Below, one piece after another: positions 1 to 9,804 of a DNA stretch of 21,801 bases. How positions within the stretch are numbered: position 1 is the first letter of the stretch; each line of letters starts with the position of its first letter. The notes beneath the pieces are model-generated. The model searched no databases, had not been told where the DNA came from, and saw only the letters and a program-made list of their open reading frames with translations. This DNA comes from Hyaloraphidium curvatum SAG 235-1 (taxonomy: Eukaryota; Fungi; Monoblepharomycota), in assembly GCA_025558095.1 (NCBI GenBank), contig JAIVFI010000051.1, forward strand, positions 1 to 21,801. Reading direction: 5' to 3'. A program made the position numbers and the translations under genes.

Positions 1-664
1 GTCTGCAAGCCAACCTCGAACGGCACAGGCGAGGCGACCACCATCTGCCTCGGGTCAACGGGGTGCGCCGAGCCGTTGCCGAGCATCCCGTCCGACGGGT
101 ACCGCGCGACGGAGCCGTACTCCGACTCGGAGGGGATGGAGCCCGAGTTGCCCGACGCGCCGGTGCTCGAACGCTGCACGGGGCGCGAGCCGTTCGTCTC
201 GGTGGGCGAAGTCTGCTGCAGCGCGCGCGCCTCTGCCCTGCGGGACTCTTCCAGCATCTGCTCCAATTTTTCGAGGCGCTCTGCAATAAGGGGGGGGGGG
301 TTGGAACGGGGATCAGCGGGGGATGGGAGGCAGGCGCCCCACCCTTCATCGAGGTCGAGCCCTTCGGCGGCCCGCGCTTCTTGACGCTGCGCGTGAACAA
401 GCAGTCGAGGTCCTTGCGCTCGCAGCGGCCGCACCGCGGCGCCGCGCCGTCGCACTTTGCCCGCCGAGCCGAACACGCCTGAACGGGGAGGGAACGGGGC
501 GCGGCCACCGGGCGACCGCGTCAGCAATACAAACATGATTAGAAAGCAGGTTACCGCACATCGCAGGCCGTCGTCGCGCGCTGCGGGCGGGAGTCAGCGG
601 TCGCCCGGGGTGGCAAGGCCACCGCGCCCACCTGCCGTCCGCCGCCGCCGCCGTTTCCGTCCAT
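1..664 (-). CDS. Zn(II)2Cys6 transcription factor, 5' part (exons 1-3 and start of exon 4); runs off the left edge of the window
   Basis: Apparently identical to 11708-12371 at offset 11707, with ATG at 664 and the same splice sites and zinc cluster as the intact copy. Confidence 0.9.
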
Positions 665-827
665 CTCGCTGCGGTGCGCGCGTTCGACCGCTGGGAGGCC
701 CGCGTCGCGCCGCGTTGGACCCCGAGGCCGGCCGGGCTGTGGGTGGTGGTCGGCCGGCGGCGTTCGGTCGGGAACCCGATGACGGCTGGGGTTGGTTGTC
801 CCTACTTCGCCTCCTTCGCCGTTCCAC

Positions 828-1442
828 AGAAACTTGGAATCTGGCGAAGTGCGGAGGCAGCGCTGCTTAGTCCGGATAAAATGGATTCTGCCAGCCGGAT
901 GGCATGGCGGAGCCAAACGGGAGCGTTTGAGGACCCGGCGGGAAGGGGAGTCTTTCCGGGGGCGCACCGCCGCTTTGGCCGTCGGCCAGCTAGTCCGCAC
1001 GCGCCGCTGGCATGCAGGCATCACCGCTCGCTCACAACATCCGGAAAGCGTTTCCGGCAAATGCGGAAAAGGTGCGGCGCGATCCCGCTTCGCCAGCGCT
1101 CTCCGACTTCTACCGCCCCCGGGGGAGAATGTGGGATTCCGGTGCTCAGCGCAGCCATCCGCCGCGAGGTACCCACCCGCGTGGCTCCGCTGGCGATCCG
1201 CGATCACCTCTACTGATTCCGAGCGGACGGGCACAGGGCTTGCGGGGAAGGACAGCCGAGGGTAGGGGCCGGGAAAACGGAGAAACCGGGGTGGCAACGG
1301 CCTTGGGCCCCGCGACTGCAAGGAAAAGGCGACTACCTGGCGGAAAAGTGGTCTCCTGGGTTGTGTCTCTTGTTCTTGTGCCTCGCTTCCACCCAGCGCG
1401 ACAGAAGAGCCTCACAAAGCTGACGTGGCTTCACGCACCCCA
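828..1442. repeat. Conserved non-coding element, copy inside the tandem array
   Basis: Near-identical to ~12535-13150 and homologous to the diverged copy at ~14717-15337. Boundaries are approximate. Confidence 0.8.
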
Positions 1443-1836
1443 GCCCTCGCCGGGTGATTCCATCAGCTTGTCTGTCGTCCTACCGCAGAAGAATCCAGTT
1501 TTTCTGGAGCGGATTCGCCGATCTTCATGCTTGATGTTGCGGACGTTGCGTGACTTCGTCCTCAGACGACGCTAATACCCCCTTGGAGACGGCACGCTGG
1601 GTTGGGGCAGAGGCGATTCGGACGTGGCGGAATCCCGACGTGCTAAGGCTCCTGCTCGATCTCGACACCATCCGTGCCGACACATCTCTTTGTTTGTTTT
1701 GCACATTTCCTCGGTGCAGCAATTGTCGCAGATGCGTGATCGCGGCATCATAAGAAGGCTTGCGAAAGCGACATCGGGCACGTCGAATATCCCCGAGCCC
1801 CGCTTGCTCTATACATATGCTCCTACGCAGAGGCGA

Positions 1837-3546
1837 CCAGTCTCGGTCTGCCACCAGTTGTCGATGACGGGACACCGAGCAGCTGCGCAAAGTGGTTCGC
1901 CGTGTCCGTGTCGCAGCGCTCGCCGGCAACGAACATGACCTTGAGCGAGGAATGTCGTGCTGGCGGAGGTAGTGCCCGTGCGGGTCCTCGCGGTTGACGC
2001 GCGGAGCGCCGTCGGGGCCGTGAACAGGATCGAGGCCTTGTGCTCCTCTACGATGCGCCAGAAGGCGCCGGGTTGGGCGTCACGGGCTTGCCCTCGTAGA
2101 TAATGCTGGTGCAGCCGTTGAGCAGGGGGGCGTAGCAGATGAAGGTGTGGCCGACGACCCAGCCGAGGTCAGAGCGGCGAGGACGACCTCGCCGGGAGCG
2201 GCGCCCCATGAAGTGCTTCATGGCCCCTTGAGGGCCACGGCGTGGCCGCCGTTCTCGCGGACGATGCCCTTGGGCACGCCCTGTGGGATGGCAAGGGATC
2301 CTTGATCAACGCCCGCCGAGCCGATCAGCCTCTTCAACCCACCGTGGTGCCGCTGGTAGAGCACGTACAGCGGGTCCTCGCTGTCCATCTCGGCGTACTT
2401 CCTGGGCTTGCGCTTCTCGCGCCTTGACCCGCTTAACCTCGGCCTGCCAGTCGATCTCCTCTTGGCGGGGTCCAGCACCGCGGGCACCTGGGCGCGCTGC
2501 AGGCAGATGATCTTGGGGGGGGGGTTCGCCTGGGCGTGGGCCGAGTGCTTGAAGGACTCGTGGACGCGGTAGGTACGAGTATCACGCGCGAGGGCTCGAT
2601 GCCGCAGGACTGAGGTGGTCGTCAGCATGGGTCGAGGCGTGATCCCCAGTGATCGGGAACTCACCGCGGTCAGGATCACTTTGGGGCTGCAGTCGTCGAG
2701 GCGCTTGCGAGCTCCTTGGGCGCGAAACCGCCAAAGACGACCGAGTGGACGGCGCCGAGCTTGGCGCAGCCAGCATGCCGACGACGGCGTCGACGACCAT
2801 GGGCATGTAGATGATGACGGTGTCTCCCTTGTTGACGCCGTGGTCCGCAAGGACGTGGGAGAAGTGGTCGACCATGTGTGAGCTCGGAGTAGTGACGGCG
2901 GCGGCGCGCGTTGGTTGTAGGCCGAGTCCCAGATGAGGGCGACGCCTATCGCCGCGCCCCTCGTCAGACGTGGCGCTGGCAGGCAGTTGTAGGCCGTGTT
3001 CATCTTGCCGCCCTTGAACCAGTGGCCACTGCGGGGAGGCCGGGATCAGCAACGCCACACCATGCCGCCCGAGGACGCAGTCGAGTCATTCCGCGCCGCC
3101 AGGGTCGCCATCGCGCCTCCCGCGACCGCAGGCAGGATTTTCCAATGGAATGAAAGAGACCCAACGCCATCCCCGACCCGAAACGCACCTCCTTGCCGCC
3201 GTCGGTGCCCTCGAAAATCTTGTCCGGGAACCTGAACCACTTGAGGTCCAGCGCGGCCTGGCCCCAGAATCCGGCCGGGTCCTCGAGCGACTGCTTGTGC
3301 ACCGCGGCCTGCAGCGAGTCGTTGTGGCCGTGCGCGTCGGCGCCGGTCGCGAAGGAGCGGGCGGGGGCGGGGGGCGGGCACCCGCTGGGAAACGGGGCCG
3401 GAGCAGCAGATGCAGGCCGAGCACGTGCGGATGGCCGCGGCGCACGGAGCGACGCGGACGGCGGGCGGGCGGCCGCGGCGCGGACGGCGCGTGCGGCCGG
3501 CGCGAGGCGGGTGGCGCGCGCGGCGAGCTTCGACGGCGCGGGGCAT
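1837..3546 (-). pseudogene. 3'-truncated, frameshifted copy of the propionate/short-chain acyl-CoA synthetase (PrpE/ACSS3-like); the frameshifts may be sequencing errors
   Basis: Colinear with 7697-9408 but carries many 1-bp indels. Recognisable fragments (KQSLEDPAGFWGQAA, VIIYMPMVVDAVVGML, PKGIVRENGGHAVAL) are scattered over different frames. It ends at the repeat junction after DNWWQTETG. Confidence 0.85.
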
Positions 3547-3946
3547 CGCGGCGGGGGGGCGCTAGGGGCTTCCTGGGCTCCGCTTGGGGTGCTCGGAGTT
3601 CCTCCGCGTAACCACGCAGCTCGGGTTACAGCGGTGCTCGTCGGGTTCCGGCCGGTGAATAGTCAGACGGAGGGAACGCCCGGCTCTGCGTCCATGGCCC
3701 ACTCTCCGCGCGGGCCCCGCGTCCCCGCAGCATTACAAACACACAGGAAACGGGCGATTGGTGCCGCAATCCAAACGATGTTGCCCGTCTGAGCTTGCTG
3801 ACGGAGCTTCCTCGCCGATGCGGGCAACAGGACCTGGATGGCCCTCGTTTTCTCGCCCGCAGATATTCTGGAGAGTTTTCGCGAAACTCCGTTTCTCCTT
3901 GTCATAGCCCGTACACCATTCGCCGCAGCGTGCGGCACCCCGACGA

Positions 3947-6524
3947 TCACGACTGCGCGGAAAACAGTCCCCGGAAGAAGTTGACGGTGTTGAGCAGCCG
4001 GCTGTGCCGCCCAAAGTACGCCTCGGTGGTCTGCACCATCTGCGCCACGTTCGCGAACCCCAATCTGGCCCACCAGGCGGCGTGCGTTGAGCGACTCGAT
4101 GCACACGTCGCCGGGGGGCGGGTCGTCGCCGAAGTAGTCCCCCAGGCGGCCGAGTGCAGGGCGAGCTTGAGGGCGAGGCAGAGGAAGACGGCGGTCGGGC
4201 GGCGCTCGCCCAGGCGGTCGAGCACCGAGATGGCGATCTCGACGCGCTCCTTGAGCTCGTTGTGAAGCGCCTGCAGGTCGCCTGCGGGGACGGAGGAGAT
4301 CTTCTTGGACGAGCATGATGTGGAGCTGTGCGGCACGACGGCGGCGTCAGCATCGCAGCTCCACAGAAGCCACCGCCACGCAGCCACCTGGGTGGTGAAG
4401 ATCACCGCCTCGGTCGCCCAGAACGGCAGAAGCTCAACCTCCACGGGCCGTCAGCAGCCCGTCAGCAGCGACGAGTGCTCCGTCCGCCACCAGAAAGTCC
4501 GTGCTCGCCAGCCACTCGGCGTCCCCGAGCAGGTTGTACCCCTTGGGCGGGGTGTGCAGGAGCTCCTGCACCCAGTTGTAGTAGATCAGCACGTGCACGG
4601 CGAGGGTGCGGGGCATGCCGTCGGCGGGGGCGGGGGTAGGCGGGCGGCTGGAGACGTAGGCGCTGGATTCCTCGTGGGGGAGGCAGTCGTTGCCACGCGC
4701 GGAGCTGCGCCTCGAGGAACTGCTTGTGCGCGGAGGTGCGGTGCACGTCGCGCTGGTAGTCGACGACCAGGGTCTGCGGCCGGCGGGCGTGTCAGCGGGT
4801 CCGAGGCGTCCACCGGGCCGACGACGAACCAGGATGTACTGCAGCACGATCCCCTTGGCCATGCTCGACATCTGCGGCAGGAGCAGCGGGTACGCCTGCG
4901 GTCCGGCCATGAACATGCCCAGCGTCACCGGCAACCCTGCCCGCCGCTTCCGGCCCCGGCCCGCCCGCGATGAACACCTCGTCGTGGCAAGGCATCGGCA
5001 GTTGCTCCATCCTCTCGAGCGGGATGGTGAAGTACCGCACGGACGACAGCACGGTGAAGTTGCGGGTCGTACAAGAAGAGCATCCACAGCAGCCGCCGCC
5101 GCTCTCTCCCAACCGGATCCAGTCGTCCCCCGTGCGGCCCTGCCGGCGGAGCTCCTCCATCGGGAGTTCCCGCCCGAGCAGGAGCAGCGTGTCGACGGTG
5201 CGGACGCCGGAGTACTTGTGGGCCGAGAGGGCGCCGAACGCAAAGGCGGCCTGCAGCAGGACGGCGACCTCGTAGGCTTCGACGGGGCGGGTGGGGATGA
5301 AAATCCGCGAGAGGATGGACTGTTGCACCCCGAGGAAGATGTGCCTCGCCCAGCTCGGAGCGGGAGCGGTGCGGGGAGGAGGCGACGATGGGGTCGAGCG
5401 CGGGATCAAGAGGAGAACTTGATCGCCATGGCGAGCACCGAAAGGATGACATAGGAGGGGTAGGCCGGGGTCGGTAGAGCAGGCTTGGGGGGTGGAAGAT
5501 GGGGTTGGTGGGCCAGACGTAGCGGAAGTAGGTCCGGATCAGGCTGTGTAGAGCGCCTGGTCGACCATGAAGGCATGTCCATGGCGGCGCTGACGGCCAT
5601 GAAGGCGGTGCCGAAGCGCCGGCGCGAGAAGGAGGCAGGGTTGGAGGGGAAGGCGGCCTGAGCGGCAAACGCCGGCGGCTCGTTTGAGTGGTGCCATGGC
5701 GGCCGACTGGTAAGACGCCGATGGAGCTGGATCCGCTGGTCCCCGGGTAGCCAGCGGGACAAATGGCATGCCGTTCGGGGCATGCACGGGCGAGGGAGCC
5801 CGGGGGAACAACCGACGGCTGGAACGCGAGCTGCTGGGCCCGGCCCAGGAACTGTGTCCTGCAAGCCAACCTCGAACGCACAGGCGAGGCGACCACCATC
5901 TGCCTCGGGTCAACGGGGTGCGCCGAGCCGTTGCCGAGCATCCCGTCCGACGGGTACCGCGCGACGGAGCCGTACTCCGACTCGGAGGGGATGGAGCCCG
6001 AGTTGCCCGCGCGCCGGTGCTCGAACGCTGCAAACCGGTGCGCGAGCCGTTCGTCTCGGTGGGCGAAGTTCTGCTGCAGCGCGCGCGCCTCTGCCCTGCG
6101 GGACTCTTCCAGCATCTGCTCCAATTTTTCGAGGCGCTCTGCAATAAGGGGGGGGGGGGGTTGGAACGGGGATCAGCGGGGGATGGGAGGCAGGCGCCCA
6201 CCCTTCATCGAGGTCGAGCCCTTCGGCGGCCCGCGCTTCTTGACGCTGCGCGTGAACAAGCAGTCGAGGTCCTTGCGCTCGCAGCGGGCCGCACCGCGGC
6301 GCCGCGCCGTCGCACTTTGCCCGCCGAGCCGAACACGCCTGAACGGGGAGGGAACGGGGCGCGGCCACCGGGCGACCGCGTCAGCAATACAAACATGATT
6401 AGAAAGCAGGTTACCGCACATCGCAGGCCGTCGTCGCGCGCTGCGGGCGGGAGTCAGCGGTCGCCCGGGGTGGCAAGGCCACCGCGCCCACCTGCCGTCC
6501 GCCGCCGCCGCCGTTTCCGTCCAT
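3947..6524 (-). pseudogene. Frameshifted copy of the Zn2Cys6 transcription factor (likely unpolished sequence rather than a true pseudogene)
   Basis: Colinear with 9805-12371 (ATG at 6524, stop at 3947). Multiple single-base indels break the frame, e.g. gcagcgggccgcac versus gcagcggccgcac within the zinc cluster. Confidence 0.85.
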
Positions 6525-6687
6525 CTCGCTGCGGTGCGCGCGTTCGACCGCTGGGAGGCCCGCGTCGCGCCGCGTTGGACCCCGAGGCCGGCCGGGCTGT
6601 GGGTGGTGGTCGGCCGGCGGCGTTCGGTCGGGAACCCGATGACGGCTGGGGTTGGTTGTCCCTACTTCGCCTCCTTCGCCGTTCCAC

Positions 6688-7302
6688 AGAAACTTGGAAT
6701 CTGGCGAAGTGCGGAGGCAGCGCTGCTTAGTCCGGATAAAATGGATTCTGCCAGCCGGATGGCATGGCGGAGCCAAACGGGAGCGTTTGAGGACCCGGCG
6801 GGAAGGGGAGTCTTTCCGGGGGCGCACCGCCGCTTTGGCCGTCGGCCAGCTAGTCCGCACGCGCCGCTGGCATGCAGGCATCACCGCTCGCTCACAACAT
6901 CCGGAAAGCGTTTCCGGCAAATGCGGAAAAGGTGCGGCGCGATCCCGCTTCGCCAGCGCTCTCCGACTTCTACCGCCCCCGGGGGAGAATGTGGGATTCC
7001 GGTGCTCAGCGCAGCATCCGCCGCGAGGTACCCACCCGCGTGGCTCCGCTGGCGATCCGCGATCACCTCTACTGATTCCGAGCGGACGGGCACAGGGCTT
7101 GCGGGGGAAGGACAGCCGAGGGTAGGGGCCGGGAAAACGGAGAACCGGGGTGGCAACGGCCTTGGGCCCCGCGACTGCAAGGAAAAGGCGACTACCTGGC
7201 GGAAAAGTGGTCTCCTGGGTTGTGTCTCTTGTTCTTGTGCCTCGCTTCCACCCAGCGCGACAGAAGAGCCTCACAAAGCTGACGTGGCTTCACGCACCCC
7301 AG
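6688..7302. repeat. Conserved non-coding element, copy inside the tandem array
   Basis: Near-identical to ~12535-13150 apart from a few 1-bp indels. Boundaries are approximate. Confidence 0.8.
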
Positions 7303-7696
7303 CCCTCGCCGGGTGATTCCATCAGCTTGTCTGTCGTCCTACCGCAGAAGAATCCAGTTTTTCTGGAGCGGATTCGCCGATCTTCATGCTTGATGTTGCG
7401 GACGTTGCGTGACTTCGTCCTCAGACGACGCTAATACCCCCTTGGAGACGGCACGCTGGGTTGGGGCAGAGGCGATTCGGACGTGGCGGAATCCCGACGT
7501 GCTAAGGCTCCTGCTCGATCTCGACACCATCCGTGCCGACACATCTCTTTGTTTGTTTTGCACATTTCCTCGGTGCAGCAATTGTCGCAGATGCGTGATC
7601 GCGGCATCATAAGAAGGCTTGCGAAAGCGACATCGGGCACGTCGAATATCCCCGAGCCCCGCTTGCTCTATACAATATGCTCCTACGCAGAGGCGA

Positions 7697-9408
7697 CCAG
7701 TCTCGGTCTGCCACCAGTTGTCGATGACGGGCACACCGAGCAGCTGCGCAAAGTGGTTCGCCGTGTCCGTGTCGCAGCGCTCGCCGGCAACGAACATGAC
7801 CTTGAGCGAGGAAATGTCGTGCTGGCGGAGGTAGTGCCCGTGCGGGTCCTCGCGGTTGACGGCGCGGAGCGCCGTCGGGGCCGTGAACAGGATCGAGGCC
7901 TTGTGCTCCTCTACGATGCGCCAGAAGGCGCCCGGGTTGGGCGTCACGGGCTTGCCCTCGTAGATAATGCTGGTGCAGCCGTTGAGCAGGGGGGCGTAGC
8001 AGATGAAGGTGTGGCCGACGACCCAGCCGAGGTCAGAGGCGGCGAGGACGACCTCGCCGGGAGCGGCGCCCATGAAGTGCTTCATGGCCCACTTGAGGGC
8101 CACGGCGTGGCCGCCGTTCTCGCGGACGATGCCCTTGGGCACGCCCTGTGGGATGGCAAGGGATCCTTGATCAACGCCCGCCGAGCCGATCAGAGCCTCT
8201 TCAACCCACCGTGGTGCCGCTGGTGTAGAGCACGTACAGCGGGTCCTCGCTGTCCATCTCGGCGTACTTCCTGGGCTTGCGCTTCTCGGCCTTGACCCGC
8301 TTAACCTCGGCCTGCCAGTCGATCTCCTTCTTGGCGGGGTCCAGCACCGCGGGCACCTGGGCGCGCTGCAGGCAGATGATCTTGGGGGGGTTCGCCTGGG
8401 CGTGGGCCGAGTGCTTGAAGGACTCGTGGACGAGCGGGAGGTACGGGATCACGCGCGAGGGCTCGATGCCGCAGGACTGAGGTGGTCGTCAGCATGGGTC
8501 GAGGCGTGATCCCAGTGATCGGAACTCACCGCGGTCAGGATCACTTTGGGCTGGCAGTCGTCGAGGCGCTTGGCGAGCTCCTTGGGCGCGAAACCGCCAA
8601 AGACGACCGAGTGGACGGCGCCGAGCTTGGCGCAGGCCAGCATGCCGACGACGGCGTCGACGACCATGGGCATGTAGATGATGACGGTGTCGCCCTTGTT
8701 GACGCCGTGGTCCGCAAGGACGTGGGAGAAGTGGTCGACCATGGTGTTGAGCTCGGAGTAGGTGACGCGGCGGCGCGCGTTGGTGTAGGCCGAGTCCCAG
8801 ATGAGGGCGACGCTATCGCCGCGCCCCTCGTCGACGTGGCGCTGCAGGCAGTTGTAGGCCGTGTTCATCTTGCCGCCCTTGAACCAGTGCCACTGCGGGG
8901 AGGCCGGGATCAGCAACGCCACACCATGCCGCCCGAGGACGCAGTCGAGTCATTCCGCGCCGCCAGGTCGCCATCGCGCCTCCCGCGACCGCAGGCAGGA
9001 TTTTCCAATGGAATGAAAGAGACCCAACGCCATCCCCGACCCGAAACGCACCTCCTTGCCGCCGTCGGTGCCCTCGAAAATCTTGTCCGGGAACCTGAAC
9101 CACTTGAGGTCCAGCGCGGCCTGGCCCCAGAATCCGGCCGGGTCCTCGAGCGACTGCTTGTGCACCGCGGCCTGCAGCGAGTCGTTGTGGCCGTGCGCGT
9201 CGGCGCCGGTCGCGAAGGAGCGGGCGGGGGCGGGGGCGGGCACCCGCTGGGAAAACGGGGCCGGAGCAGCAGATGCAGGCCGAGCAACCGTGCGGATGGC
9301 CGCGGCGCACGGAGCGACGCGGACGGCGGCGGGCGCCGCGGCGCGGACGGCGCGTGCGGCCGGCGCGAGGCGGGTGGCGCGCGCGGCGAGCTTCGACGGC
9401 GCGGGCAT
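7697..9408 (-). pseudogene. Propionate/short-chain acyl-CoA synthetase (PrpE/ACSS3-like), mitochondrial-type, truncated at its 3' end by the repeat junction; the frame reads on to a stop at 7384
   Basis: Exons 9408-9052, 8892-8530, 8476-8210 and 8145-7697, joined by GT-AG introns, give one open frame. It contains an Arg/Ala-rich presequence (MPAPSKLAARATRL...RSFAT), SLEDPAGFW, WFKGGKMNTAYNCL, HSVVFGGFAPKELAKR, the AMP-binding loop YTSGTTGVPKG followed by IVRENGGHAVAL (PrpE/ACSS3 type), SDLGWVVGH, FTAPTALR, AGERCD and DNWWQTETG. The downstream GD, GRxDD and catalytic Lys motifs are absent. Confidence 0.9.
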
Positions 9409-9804
9409 CGCGGCGGGGGGGCGCTAGGGGCTCCTGGGCTCCGCTTGGGGTGCTCGGAGTTTCCGCGTAACCACGCAGCTCGGGTTACAGCGGTGCTCGT
9501 CGGGTTCCGGCCGGTGAATAGTCAGACGGAGGGAACGCCCGGCTCTGCGTCATGGCCCACTCTCCGCGCGGGCCCCGCGTCCCCGCCGCATTACAAACAC
9601 ACAGGAAACGGGCGATTGGTGGCCGCAATCCAAACGATGTTGCCCGTCTGAGCTTGCTGACGGAGCTTCCTCGCCGATTGGCGGGCAACAGGACCTGGAT
9701 GGCTCGTTTCTCGCCCGCAGATATTCTGGAGAGTTTTCGCGAAACTCCGTTTCTCCTTGTCATAGCCCGTACACCATTCGCCGCAGCGTGCGGCACCCCG
9801 ACGA

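Noticed and set aside
6000-6124. Alternative coiled-coil reading QQNFAHRDERLAHRFAAFEHRR in the middle transcription factor copy
   Set aside because: It results from compensating indels in the error-rich copy. The other two copies agree on QQTSPTETNGSRPVQ.
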